A DNA stretch of 59,223 nt from a phage: NCBI GenBank assembly GCA_025276375.1, contig GCA_025276375.1_3645.1. One strand, 5' to 3'. The position numbers were made by a program, and so were the translations under genes. A model generated the notes under the pieces. The model saw only the letters and a list, made by a program, of their open reading frames with translations, was not told the origin of the DNA and searched no databases. Of this stretch, positions 10,565 through 20,613 are shown piece after piece. Every line of letters begins with the position of its first letter. Positions within the stretch are counted from its first letter, which is position 1.

Positions 10565-11149
10565 ATGAAAATACTTCAAGAGTTTAAACTTTACCAACCG
10601 GGATCTGGCGAATACCACGCCAACAAGGAAACCAAAGAGCTGACCCCTCAAGAGGTTGAGGATTACACCGCATACACTGGGTATTTTTTACGTAATGATG
10701 ATGGCGATTGGTATGTGCAGTCACGAACATTACGACAAGAAAATCCGGGTTGTATCTTCCTACTTGTTGACGAGAAGGGAATTCTTAAGACATCTACAGA
10801 AGAACCTGATGCCTTATGGCCTGCTCCAGGTCTTCGTGTGGTTATCGCCAAAAAAGAAGAGGTACCAGAAAACATTATGCTTCACCACGACGCTTTGCGT
10901 TTAGTTGGTGATGAATTTGTCACAGATAATGAATTCTTTGTTCAACAGGCAGAGGGTGTCATAGAGACAGAACTTGCTTGGGCTACTGCTAGAATTGGTG
11001 CCTATCAAGACATGATTGACCTTGAATATGATCTTACTGATGACCAGAAACGTAACATCAGGGATTTGAAAATGTACAGGGTAAAACTTCTTGAAATAGA
11101 TACATCTAAAGCCCCTGACATTTTCTTCCCGGAGCGACCTACCCTCTAA
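10565..11149 (+). CDS. tfa: tail fiber assembly protein (lambda Tfa homolog, 194 aa)
   Basis: C-terminus 'KMYRVKLLEIDTSKAPDIFFPERP' matches lambda Tfa '[24 protein letters not shown]' (from memory); same length as lambda Tfa; follows a fiber gene. Confidence 0.8.
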   Translation: MKILQEFKLYQPGSGEYHANKETKELTPQEVEDYTAYTGYFLRNDDGDWYVQSRTLRQENPGCIFLLVDEKGILKTSTEEPDALWPAPGLRVVIAKKEEVPENIMLHHDALRLVGDEFVTDNEFFVQQAEGVIETELAWATARIGAYQDMIDLEYDLTDDQKRNIRDLKMYRVKLLEIDTSKAPDIFFPERPTL

Positions 11150-11160
11150 GAGGAGGTGTT

Positions 11161-11475
11161 GTGGAGTTGGATTTGGCGGCATTGTACGGTATCTGCATGG
11201 GTACCGTTGTCCCGATCTGTGTATGGGCTTTCAACCAGTGGCACACCAAATGGAAAGGCATTTCCAAGAGGCTGGATGAACTGGAGAAAGACCTCATCTT
11301 AGTGAAAAACAGTATGGTTACAAAAGATAAACTTGATTCCGTTATCGAGACCCGGTTAAGCAAGCTAGAGGCCGATATTAACGACCTTAAGCAGGATGTC
11401 AGGACAGATGTCTCCGGCATCAGAGCTGATGTACAAAAGATTTTGCACATGCTTGTAGAGCATAGTAAAAGGTAA
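11161..11475 (+). CDS. small membrane protein with C-terminal coiled coil
   Basis: GTG start after AAGAGGAGG; hydrophobic helix 'LAALYGICMGTVVPICVWAF' then heptad-rich tail. Confidence 0.4.
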   Translation: MELDLAALYGICMGTVVPICVWAFNQWHTKWKGISKRLDELEKDLILVKNSMVTKDKLDSVIETRLSKLEADINDLKQDVRTDVSGIRADVQKILHMLVEHSKR

Positions 11476-11484
11476 ACAAAGGTC

Positions 11485-11516
11485 AGAACGGAAAGGACTC
11501 CGTTCTTGCATTTTGT
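11485..11516 (+). terminator. intrinsic terminator (AGAACGG/CCGTTCT stem plus U-rich tail)
   Basis: 7-bp stem with 8-nt loop followed by TGCATTTTGTTCTC. Confidence 0.55.
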
Positions 11517-11534
11517 TCTCTAAAGTGTTAAAAT
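11506..11534 (+). promoter_or_regulatory. sigma70-like promoter TTGCAT-N17-TAAAAT
   Basis: -35 at 11506-11511, 17-nt spacer, -10 at 11529-11534; 31 nt upstream of second fiber gene. Confidence 0.5.
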
Positions 11535-11564
11535 AGTCCTAAGGAATTTTCTCAGGAGAACGTG

Positions 11565-12608
11565 ATGACTAAACCAGTTATCCCTCTTGATATTTGGGCC
11601 AATCAGGATGTTGTGCTTGAAAATACGGGAGAGTTGAATAAATCTCAACCAAAAAAAGAAGAGAGATTGAAAGGTTGGGATATGACACAAAGAATGGCAT
11701 GTGAAGTTGTTAACTTTGAACTTCACATGCTTTCTGCGTGGTTGAAGCATTTAACAGAAGATGTTGTCCCAGGATGGGATAATAGATTCTTAAGGGTCAC
11801 TAATAATCTAGCAGACGTTCCAGACAAAGCTGCTGCACGTCAAGTTCTCAATGTATACTCGCCTGAAGAAATGGACGATCTATATGTTGACAAGTCTGGA
11901 GACATAATGACTCAGACTCAAACTTTAGGTCTCCAAAGAATCGAGTTTGCATCTGCGTCAACAGACAATGCGGCAATATATACTACCATAACTCCAGACA
12001 AGACGACGATGGACTTCTGGATTATGGACAACATCGGTGGTGCTGACGGCACAGACCTTGATGATCCTTCTCACCAAATAGATGGGTTCCGTTGGAGATT
12101 TCAACCTTCTGGTGGGCAGCCTGTGTTTTCGGCTATGAAGCTCAATGCTATAACTGCCAACCGTGCAAGACTGGCTATCCAAGGAAATCTTGAATGCAAC
12201 GATGCAAAAAGTTCCTCTGCAAATGCTAATGCGGTAACGATACCTAGAGCCACTGTTAATGGACAACAATCCTGCGGCAGCGCTCAAATAGGCGGAAGAG
12301 TAGATTGTAACGATAAAACCGCCAGGGGTCAATATGCAACAGTTGGTGGAAGAAACGTGGTCCGCAGGGTAAATGGTAGTAGCGCAGACAGTAGTGGTAA
12401 CCTTACTATTCCTATGCCTAGTAGGGGTGTTGAAGATGTAAGGATAGCAAACCGTTTCAGAACCACCTACAGAGAATCAAGAGTATACCCTGGGCATGTA
12501 ATGTGCTCCGGCAATTACGCCTATAAACACCCGTATCAGGGCGACTATTGGACTGGAGCCATTCAAAAATTTGTAAATGGTCAATGGATCACTATATCTT
12601 ATGCTTAA
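11565..12608 (+). CDS. side tail fiber protein, copy 2 (paralog)
   Basis: ATG 11565 after AGGAG; paralog of 9510-10550 with divergent central region and near-identical termini ('VNGQWITISYA'). Confidence 0.6.
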   Translation: MTKPVIPLDIWANQDVVLENTGELNKSQPKKEERLKGWDMTQRMACEVVNFELHMLSAWLKHLTEDVVPGWDNRFLRVTNNLADVPDKAAARQVLNVYSPEEMDDLYVDKSGDIMTQTQTLGLQRIEFASASTDNAAIYTTITPDKTTMDFWIMDNIGGADGTDLDDPSHQIDGFRWRFQPSGGQPVFSAMKLNAITANRARLAIQGNLECNDAKSSSANANAVTIPRATVNGQQSCGSAQIGGRVDCNDKTARGQYATVGGRNVVRRVNGSSADSSGNLTIPMPSRGVEDVRIANRFRTTYRESRVYPGHVMCSGNYAYKHPYQGDYWTGAIQKFVNGQWITISYA

Positions 12609-12619
12609 AAAGAGGGTAA

Positions 12620-12886
12620 ATGAAACTAACTCAGTTTTTATGGGGACTGGTTGCGGCATCTGATGACCCTACGAAAGTGTCCCAATCTAAGCTATGGTCG
12701 AATATAGGCATGGCGGTGATGACTGGGGTGTTTATTCATATGGGGTATAATGATACGCTTCCGGAATGGTATGCGTGGATATACGCACCTTCAGTAGCCT
12801 GCCCCCAGCTTATTAGCAAATTCATCTCGCTCCGGTGGGGTTGCCAGCACCCTGACCACGTTAAAAACGAAGAGCAAAAAGCTTAA
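12620..12886 (+). CDS. hypothetical protein (88 aa)
   Basis: ATG with AGAGGG SD; one hydrophobic segment. Confidence 0.35.
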   Translation: MKLTQFLWGLVAASDDPTKVSQSKLWSNIGMAVMTGVFIHMGYNDTLPEWYAWIYAPSVACPQLISKFISLRWGCQHPDHVKNEEQKA

Positions 12887-12895
12887 GGAGAAATC

Positions 12896-14641
12896 ATGGC
12901 GCAAGACATGACAAGCTTTGAGCAGGCGGTAGATCAAGTAATTGTTGATTCTGAACGTTTGCACCTGATTGTCAACGGTAACGCTGTGGATGAAGTTGTC
13001 GTAGAGGATGGGACCACCATCCCTACGGTACGAAAAGCCATGCTTGACACCCTTTATTTTAAAACGCCACCAATCCCTTGGGCGTATGGTGCATCCACAA
13101 CAGTTTTTAACCAGTTGTATGAGTTTAAAGGGGATACAGGCACTCAGTGGTGGTATGCCCCAGCAGCATCAAAATCTAACCCGGTTAGGATGCCAGCAGA
13201 TCCTTCACAATCTCCGAACTGGAGATTATATACCGATTCTGCTGTAATGGCAAAATACTACGCAAAACTTAACAGCCCAAGGTTCGAAGGTGACCCGCGA
13301 GCACCTACACCTCCAATGGACGATAAGTCTGAGTCCATAGCAAACACAGAGTTTGTTGTTGACTATGTGGATAGTATATTCAAAGCCATGGAGGGGATGA
13401 AAGTAACTGTAGGGTCTTTGGTAGTAAAAGGTCTTACAGAACTGGCTAACACCATAGTTGGTGGCACCCTTACCATACACGGGCCTGTTAATGGAGCGGA
13501 TTCTACTGCACGCTTCAGGAACCTAATCCTTACTGCAAATACTTCTACACTAACTTTTGCGTGGAGCGATCCTAAGCATGCAGACTGGAGAAGCACAGAG
13601 CTGCAACCTCATGAAGTATCCACCCACAGAGTTATAGCCGACACTATAACTTCTGGGAAACCAGTGGCTAATAACAACGATGTACATTTTGACGGTCTAG
13701 GTAATAACTTTTTTGACTACGTGTACATTCGTGGTAATGCCATGAAGGCAGCAACCGAACCGACATTGCAGGTCGATGGGACCACTAGGGTTAAGAACCT
13801 TGAGGTGACAGGTACCGTTACAGGGATAACCTACTCTGTCGATGGCACCATGATCTACCCTAGCTATATTGAAAGCACGGGTGACGCATTAATAAATGGT
13901 GATTTGGAGGTTGGCGGGTCTGTAGTTATTCGAGGTACGGCCTCTATCCAAAACATAGCTCTGAATACTCTCAGAGTCAATGAGCGTGCAACTTTTGAAG
14001 GGGAAGGGCTTACAGCCAACAAAGGTGTAATTACCGAGCTGACAACCACCACTTTAACTGCAACAACTGCAAACTCTGAAAACTGCAACGTTACCAGAAA
14101 CTTGCAGGTAAATGGGGATGTTAGTTTAAACGCAGCAGGTACGGGCACCACCTACCTTCACAACCTTGAAATATCCGGCACAGTGACTGGTTGGCTGCCA
14201 GACTTCTCTAATGTCAACTTTGTCTGTAATGGTATTAACTCTAGTGGTAAGATAACCACCTCTCAAGAAATTGAGGCTGGTAAAACCATCACTGCCCCTA
14301 CTTTCCACGCAGGGAAGGTAGATTTCGATTTAGAGGAGGTTGACGCGTCCAGTGGGACATGGACACCTAACGGGCAGGCCAGTATGTATGTTGTCCACGC
14401 TAAAGGGGATTTTACAATAGGCCAATGGCCTGGAACATCGGCTGAAGATAAACCTTACCCGTTTACTGCAATCATCTATGTCATTCAAGATGCCGTAGGC
14501 CACAACGTGACTTTGCACGATAAATATGCCATACTGTCGGCTACCCCTGTTATTAACAACAAAGCCAACAGCGTCACCTTGCTACAATTGACATATTGTG
14601 GTGTTGGTGATATCGTAGATGTGGTTATTGCACAACGTTAA
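12896..14641 (+). CDS. tail fiber / tailspike-like protein (581 aa)
   Basis: AAGGAG SD; Thr/Gly/Asn-rich beta-strand repeats typical of fiber shafts. Confidence 0.45.
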   Translation: MAQDMTSFEQAVDQVIVDSERLHLIVNGNAVDEVVVEDGTTIPTVRKAMLDTLYFKTPPIPWAYGASTTVFNQLYEFKGDTGTQWWYAPAASKSNPVRMPADPSQSPNWRLYTDSAVMAKYYAKLNSPRFEGDPRAPTPPMDDKSESIANTEFVVDYVDSIFKAMEGMKVTVGSLVVKGLTELANTIVGGTLTIHGPVNGADSTARFRNLILTANTSTLTFAWSDPKHADWRSTELQPHEVSTHRVIADTITSGKPVANNNDVHFDGLGNNFFDYVYIRGNAMKAATEPTLQVDGTTRVKNLEVTGTVTGITYSVDGTMIYPSYIESTGDALINGDLEVGGSVVIRGTASIQNIALNTLRVNERATFEGEGLTANKGVITELTTTTLTATTANSENCNVTRNLQVNGDVSLNAAGTGTTYLHNLEISGTVTGWLPDFSNVNFVCNGINSSGKITTSQEIEAGKTITAPTFHAGKVDFDLEEVDASSGTWTPNGQASMYVVHAKGDFTIGQWPGTSAEDKPYPFTAIIYVIQDAVGHNVTLHDKYAILSATPVINNKANSVTLLQLTYCGVGDIVDVVIAQR

Positions 14642-14650
14642 TATATCTGA

Positions 14651-14675
14651 CCGCTCCTGACGGGGCGGTTTTCTT
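14651..14675 (+). terminator. intrinsic terminator (CCGCUCC-UGAC-GGGGCGG plus UUUUCUU)
   Basis: 7-bp stem including one G-U pair, 4-nt loop, T-tract. Confidence 0.6.
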
Positions 14676-14689
14676 ATCTGGAGAACACA

Positions 14690-17600
14690 ATGCTTCCAAT
14701 CCCTTTGCTAAAACTTGGTCGTCATTTCCTCGATAAGAGGGGTGGAGTTAAGGAACTTGCTGTTCTGTCATACCCAATAGACAACAGTGACGGTACAAGC
14801 ACTACAGTGCCATATGTAAATAGCTTAGCCATACTTTTTGACGACGGTCAACTCAATATTACAGGTTACAACAGGTTCGGGGAGTGCAGGACTGGAGATC
14901 TTGACACGATAAACTACCCAAATGAGGCTGCCTGGAACGTTGATCATGTGTGGAGAGCAGACCGTGCGTTTGTGATCCGAACTTTTGATAATCAGTTTTT
15001 CTACATCGGCTGCACTGCAGGGCTTATTGGATCTGATGCTGCAGGTGGTAATGATGTTTGTGTAAGGGAGTGGACACCTCTTCCTGAACAGATTGTTAAA
15101 GGGTTGCACCTTGACACCCACCCGGAGCGCCTTGTTGAGGTGATGGGTGGTATTAACAACACTGTCTGGGTTATTGCAGAGGCAGAAGGCACAGGCATAC
15201 TGAATCTGTATGGGTCTGGTAACAACACCTACGGATCTTTGCATGTAGATAAAAATCAGCATGCAACCCCTGTAAAGATCGGTGAGACATCGGAAAATCC
15301 TGAAACAGGCCCTTGGAAAAACCCAAGCATTAACTGCGAGGTGCATGACAACTCTGTTATTTTCGGTGGTCCTAGAGGTTTCTGGATTGCTGGATACGAC
15401 TTTCTGAGAAATAACAGTAGAAACGACCTTGTTTGGCCTCCTGTGCAGATTACTCGTAACGATTTGAGGGGCATTCCTGCAGATGAGGAGTGGAAAGGGT
15501 TTATGTGCGGTCCTAACGGGGCAATAATTGCCACACAGAGGATGCATAGACCCGATGACCAGCAGCTTGTTAACGTATTTTATGGTCAAAACATTTGGGG
15601 AGATGATACATGGCGGGAACTGAATATCACCTACACCCATGAGGTAATAATGGCTCGTGGGTACGGCACAAGTGGCATTTTCTTCAATAATGGCACCAAG
15701 CAGTATCGTGGATTCTCTCGCAACTTGTGTAATGATATTGGTGCACAATCTGCAAACAATAGTCCTAGGTCCGATTTTATCCACTATCAAGCTCTTGCTA
15801 CAGCTAAATATGTTGAGCAACGCCTGCCAGTTAGCTGGACAGAGAGTGTTTATTTCCAAGGCATCCACAGAGAAGGTTTCTTAGGTACCTTTACTGTTGT
15901 TAATGGTAAACTTTGGTGGTCAGGTATCCCAAGGGGAAGTTTTACAGGATCTAATAACCTCTTTGGCGGCAGACTTAACAGCCAAGGGTTCACAGAGATT
16001 CCGGAGAATTGGTATAAAAATGTCCCGGTAGACAGTTGGGGTGTTGAGGATATTTTCGACGTTAACGGTGTTAGCAGCGTTAGCAATATTTACATTGGTG
16101 ACACGGTCAAGATGAAATTGAAGCCTCAGCCAGAGGGGGCTACGTTCATTATTGACAAGATTGAACTGGTAAATGCTGCAGGCACGGTTGTTACAGATGC
16201 AAACTATCAGTTCTCCACTAACTGGAACCATGGTGGGGCCAATGAAGTTGTTGTCACCCAGTATAACAGAAATGTTAACAGACGTGGCCTGTACTCTGTA
16301 AAAATAACCTATCATGACAAGCATGGCACAGGCAGAACCCATACGACAAGGACTTTGAACTGGAACACCATAGTTCCTGCGTACCCGTCTGATGGTAAAT
16401 GGCATACTGTCGGTAGAAACAAACAGTTCCATGTTAATGATACTGTATACTTTGGGCTGAATGGGACCCAGCCTGCAGTAGAAGGGGATACATCGTATAT
16501 GGTCAGACTCCACAGAATGGATGCTGGATCAGTCACTTATGATGTGACCCAAGAGATCTACGATCAAAGACGCGCCACGTATGACAATATTGTGAAAACA
16601 CAAGCCTTGTGGGAGTTCAATCCTAATGGCAAGGGTGGTAAAATGTTGCAGGTTAATGAGCAGAACGGAACGTCGTTGACTGTTCACGAACACCCAGACC
16701 CTTGGCCTGATCCTGGAAAACCTCACCCAGGAGCTCGTACACTGAAAATTGTCAGCCATGATGCAGGGTATTTCGGAATACGCTGGGAAGCTACAGTAAG
16801 ATATGTCGACGGGACAACAAACAACATAGGGATTACACTTGGCGGCACTAGTGAAGATAACTCGCTGAAAATTGCCTACACGCCTAGAGGTATCTCTATT
16901 GATAATATGGATGTTGTTCGCAATGGTTACGGCGATGTGAATGTAAAAGTTACTCTTGGCGAACATCTTGGTGGGGAAAGGATCATCATGTATGCCTTTG
17001 ATCATGATCCACGCACCAATGGAACTTATGCAAATCAGGCATGGAGTTACCTGATAAATGCACCTGAGCCGAATACTAAAGAGTTCTACTATGGTATGAA
17101 GCGAGATGTGTGCAAGAAAACAGGAACACATGACTGGATTGCTATCTGCGTTAAAGATGAGCGCACAGCTTGGGATGAGCCTGTTAACAGATGGTTCATA
17201 GGTATTCCTACCAGAAGTGATAAGTATGTCGCAGAATATATTGTATGCATGGGCGGTACCAACCTAAACATGTGTTGGAACGAAGATGTAAACAAATACT
17301 CTGATTATGACTATATGAGGGATTACTCTTGTAATTTGTGGTTTAACCAAACTACAGGTTACCCTCCAAGACAGGCGAGAGTAAACCCTGCAATCTTCAC
17401 AGACACGCAGGTTTTCTTGACAAAACAGGCCAACGAGGTTCAGACCTTCAAGAATAAATACGATCCTAACAAGTGGTTCTACAACTGTTACGGCGCATTT
17501 TTCTGGGGACCTGGTGAACTGCCTGACAGCGGTTCTTGCTTCGAGGCTGCAACCTACGGCAGCGACTATATTATGGGACAGGTCAAGAAGTACAAGATGA

Positions 17601-19759
17601 TCCCAGGGCCTGAAACTTTAGGTAACGCTGTTGACCCATACATAAATTTCTCAGCTTTGCATGCGAATATGGATGGTGCGAGGTATCCGTTCGACGTTCC
17701 AGTTGCCTATGGATACAGACGTGTCGTGATGATTATTAAATGCGATCTGATCGGGAAGCAAGTTCTTGCAGAAAACGGAACATCCACACATCCTTTTGAA
17801 GTTGCTCTGCACTACCAGTTTGCAGACTCACCATATGCAGGGGATAAAAGAATCTCCGACACAGACTCCAAGCGCTGTAAGAAAGTTTTACTTGGAGCCG
17901 GGTGGTGGTGGTACGAGTTTGATTTGACAGATAAGTTCACAGATGATACCAAAACTCTCACAGGTATCCGTCTGGACCTTGGTGAAAACATGCACAAAGC
18001 TGTTTGTGATGGCACCTACGGTGATCCTACAGTATACTTGAAGTATGTTTCTTTTGAGCATCCGGAAGATGTTGTCTACGGTCCAAAACTGAGATTGTTT
18101 GGCAGCTGGATTGCAAAAGATAGGGTAGGCATGGGTAAGAAGGTAAGAGGGTTCTTGGTTGATGCAGGAACAGAAGACATGCTGGTTAATGCAGTATGGC
18201 CTGAATTACCTGGGACTCAGTGGGACAACTCAGCCAAATCTATAAACTGGTTTAACATTCATAGGGCCATGTGGACCACTAACTGCTACTTGTGGAGAGA
18301 GCTTAACGATTTAGGCAGAAGGATGGCGATCATTTGCTGGACAACATTGCAAAGATGTTATGACCATGACTACGAGATTGGCGGTAGAGCATGGAAAGAT
18401 ATCAGAGATAGGGTTATATACAATTTTGCAGACGACAACGGTGGTGGAGCATATAACTTTGGCACAAGCCGACTCATCCATTTGAACGGATCCTCAGCCT
18501 ACAAGAAAGAAGGTTACTCCGGGTCCATGATCGAGTGGGGTCTGGTGAAAGATGCTCGTGTATTGATGGGCCAGCAACTTGCTGCTGCAATAGGTCCTAG
18601 TGCAGTGCAGTCTGCTAAACCAGCGTGGTTCGATATCCCATTATGGTCCTCTGGAACACCAGGAGCTGCTGCAATCAACCCTACCACTGAGGATCTAGAA
18701 ATCTCCTGGGAAGACCTGAAGCAGGTCGGTGGTTGGGACAAAACAGGGTATCAGGTTCAATGGTGGAGGGCTGACGGATCTTTAGCCGCTGATGAGTTTG
18801 TTAAGGACAATTTCTACACCATGTCCTCTGCAAAAGCACAGCAATTGTTCGGACAGGCTACTCCGTCAACAATCACCATGTCTATGTGCTGTAAAGACAA
18901 CAGAACTGGAGCTCTGGGGCCAAGGGTTGCTAAAGTTTTCTCAGGTATTAAATGGAGTCTACCTGTCCAAAGTATTTCATGGAAGCAAATAGGTGATAAC
19001 AAGCTGCTGGTTACCCCTGCCTGTCAGTTCAACGCAACTCTTAACGTTGATCCTGCTGTTGCGGCAAACTCAGCTAAAGCTTCTGACTTCTCTGTGTCTA
19101 ACACTGCTATGGCAGATGTGAGGAAGATTGACACACTGAACGCCAGAATTACCTGTAAAAACACTTATGGCACATTCCAAATCATCAACAACTTCACAGA
19201 TGCTGATTCTAAGGTAGTAAGGACAGCAAGCCAGACTCTGAGTTTAGGGACTCTGGCCTATGCGGCCCTGATCACCGAACAGTCGGCAACACTCCAAGGA
19301 GGCGGTGTAGGCAAGTCCATTGCAACACCTGTGTGGAAGCCGAATGAGTGGGTTGTGTTTGATTTGACTGTGGACTTCTCCAGTGATAATAACTGGACAT
19401 GGGTAAGGAATTGTTTGTCACAGTTGATGGGCGGTCCAAGCTCCGTTAGTGATAGTCACGACTCTACTGACCCGAGTGTGTTCCAGGTAGGTAAAACTCA
19501 CCCAGAGACTGGAGAAACGTTGCCTGACAGGAAGTATGCGTTGGTTTGCATCTCTTACGGGAAGGCAGATGTCACCTTCTCAGGGACACACACTTATAAC
19601 GGAACCTACAATTTCTCAAGGAAGTATAGTCTCAAAGCAGGGAACATTATAGACGAGGTTGGTGCACTGTATAATCCTGGTAACGGCATAGGGATTGTGG
19701 GCGGTAAACTGCAGATGCAGGAACCTTCTATTACCCCCTTCCAACGTATCTGGGATTAG
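14690..19759 (+). CDS. large tail fiber / structural protein (1689 aa) with N-terminal RCC1-like repeats
   Basis: GGAG SD; 'YGSGNNTYGSLHVD'-type repeats at N-terminus; size and position in tail module. Confidence 0.5.
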   Translation: MLPIPLLKLGRHFLDKRGGVKELAVLSYPIDNSDGTSTTVPYVNSLAILFDDGQLNITGYNRFGECRTGDLDTINYPNEAAWNVDHVWRADRAFVIRTFDNQFFYIGCTAGLIGSDAAGGNDVCVREWTPLPEQIVKGLHLDTHPERLVEVMGGINNTVWVIAEAEGTGILNLYGSGNNTYGSLHVDKNQHATPVKIGETSENPETGPWKNPSINCEVHDNSVIFGGPRGFWIAGYDFLRNNSRNDLVWPPVQITRNDLRGIPADEEWKGFMCGPNGAIIATQRMHRPDDQQLVNVFYGQNIWGDDTWRELNITYTHEVIMARGYGTSGIFFNNGTKQYRGFSRNLCNDIGAQSANNSPRSDFIHYQALATAKYVEQRLPVSWTESVYFQGIHREGFLGTFTVVNGKLWWSGIPRGSFTGSNNLFGGRLNSQGFTEIPENWYKNVPVDSWGVEDIFDVNGVSSVSNIYIGDTVKMKLKPQPEGATFIIDKIELVNAAGTVVTDANYQFSTNWNHGGANEVVVTQYNRNVNRRGLYSVKITYHDKHGTGRTHTTRTLNWNTIVPAYPSDGKWHTVGRNKQFHVNDTVYFGLNGTQPAVEGDTSYMVRLHRMDAGSVTYDVTQEIYDQRRATYDNIVKTQALWEFNPNGKGGKMLQVNEQNGTSLTVHEHPDPWPDPGKPHPGARTLKIVSHDAGYFGIRWEATVRYVDGTTNNIGITLGGTSEDNSLKIAYTPRGISIDNMDVVRNGYGDVNVKVTLGEHLGGERIIMYAFDHDPRTNGTYANQAWSYLINAPEPNTKEFYYGMKRDVCKKTGTHDWIAICVKDERTAWDEPVNRWFIGIPTRSDKYVAEYIVCMGGTNLNMCWNEDVNKYSDYDYMRDYSCNLWFNQTTGYPPRQARVNPAIFTDTQVFLTKQANEVQTFKNKYDPNKWFYNCYGAFFWGPGELPDSGSCFEAATYGSDYIMGQVKKYKMIPGPETLGNAVDPYINFSALHANMDGARYPFDVPVAYGYRRVVMIIKCDLIGKQVLAENGTSTHPFEVALHYQFADSPYAGDKRISDTDSKRCKKVLLGAGWWWYEFDLTDKFTDDTKTLTGIRLDLGENMHKAVCDGTYGDPTVYLKYVSFEHPEDVVYGPKLRLFGSWIAKDRVGMGKKVRGFLVDAGTEDMLVNAVWPELPGTQWDNSAKSINWFNIHRAMWTTNCYLWRELNDLGRRMAIICWTTLQRCYDHDYEIGGRAWKDIRDRVIYNFADDNGGGAYNFGTSRLIHLNGSSAYKKEGYSGSMIEWGLVKDARVLMGQQLAAAIGPSAVQSAKPAWFDIPLWSSGTPGAAAINPTTEDLEISWEDLKQVGGWDKTGYQVQWWRADGSLAADEFVKDNFYTMSSAKAQQLFGQATPSTITMSMCCKDNRTGALGPRVAKVFSGIKWSLPVQSISWKQIGDNKLLVTPACQFNATLNVDPAVAANSAKASDFSVSNTAMADVRKIDTLNARITCKNTYGTFQIINNFTDADSKVVRTASQTLSLGTLAYAALITEQSATLQGGGVGKSIATPVWKPNEWVVFDLTVDFSSDNNWTWVRNCLSQLMGGPSSVSDSHDSTDPSVFQVGKTHPETGETLPDRKYALVCISYGKADVTFSGTHTYNGTYNFSRKYSLKAGNIIDEVGALYNPGNGIGIVGGKLQMQEPSITPFQRIWD

Positions 19760-20300
19760 AAAGACTTGGGAAAGTAGCAATACCAACGTTGCAACAGTGG
19801 ATGCCACCACAGGACTGGTAACATTTAAAGCTACTGGGAATGTTACCATAAAGTTTGTAGTTACAGATGATGCAGGCCGCAAAACGTCTTCAACATCGTT
19901 TACTGTCAGACAGATGGCACCTCAGTGGTTTATTTGGGAAGGAAATCCTCTTGACGGGGCTTACCCTAGACCTGCAGGAACGTCCAATATGAGGGTCTTT
20001 ACCGGTCCGGTCATGGACAATCCGACCACAACCACCAACCCTACATTTTTTGGTGCTTACATACCTGAAATTATTGGCCTACCAAGGAACCAGATACAAC
20101 TGCTTTTCGGAGCAGGTGTTGATGGCCTAGCCACTTTTGGGTACAGTGACAACATTGATGCAGCCAGAAGCTCGGGTTGGATTGGATTTAAGTTCCAGTG
20201 GAACCCTGGTGGTAGAACATTAGGTCTTGCAAGCATAGGTGTTATGCTACCTGGTAACCAGCAATACCATCTCGAAGCTTATACAAACTTCCCTAGTTAA
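19695..20300 (+). CDS. Big_2 (bacterial Ig-like) domain ORF in the +1 frame overlapping the 3' end of the 1689-aa gene
   Basis: 'WESSNTNVATVDATTGLVTFKATGNVTIKFVVTDDAGRKTSSTSFTV' is a Big_2 signature; no SD or ATG start, only TTG at 19695. Confidence 0.4.
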   Translation: MWAVNCRCRNLLLPPSNVSGIRKTWESSNTNVATVDATTGLVTFKATGNVTIKFVVTDDAGRKTSSTSFTVRQMAPQWFIWEGNPLDGAYPRPAGTSNMRVFTGPVMDNPTTTTNPTFFGAYIPEIIGLPRNQIQLLFGAGVDGLATFGYSDNIDAARSSGWIGFKFQWNPGGRTLGLASIGVMLPGNQQYHLEAYTNFPS

Positions 20301-20310
20301 CAGGAGGCAA

Positions 20311-20343
20311 ATAAAAAGGGGCCGTTTGGCCCCTTTCTTTTTA
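20311..20343. terminator. bidirectional intrinsic terminator between convergent units
   Basis: AAAAA-GGGGCC-GTTT-GGCCCC-TTTCTTTTT: perfect 6-bp GC stem with A-run on the 5' side and T-run on the 3' side. Confidence 0.8.
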
Positions 20344-20346
20344 TAA

Positions 20347-20547
20347 TTAGTAATATTCCCAACACGACCCATCTTCAGACGGCTGGACACGCTTACCTTT
20401 ATGGTCAACATAGGTATAGCCACAACCTTCACAAATAACAGGTGCCGCATAACCTTCCTTCCACTGCTTCTCCGTGATCAATCCTTTCAGATCTCCGCAG
20501 TCACGACCAAACAACTCTTCAGAACAGTCTTTACAAAAATCAGCCAT
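20347..20547 (-). CDS. small zinc-ribbon protein (66 aa)
   Basis: GGAG SD; two CxxC pairs ('CKDC', 'CEGC'). Confidence 0.45.
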   Translation of the reverse strand: MADFCKDCSEELFGRDCGDLKGLITEKQWKEGYAAPVICEGCGYTYVDHKGKRVQPSEDGSCWEYY

Positions 20548-20613
20548 CTCTATCAGTCTCCATATTTAACCAATCTATATTACATATTGCCGAAGAAACA
20601 GTATTTCATTTCA

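Noticed and set aside
14825-15868. 347-aa ORF on the minus strand (and many shorter antisense ORFs across 1-20300)
   Set aside because: Lies entirely antisense within the 1689-aa structural gene, has no SD, and its composition mirrors the sense codon bias; treated as a shadow ORF.
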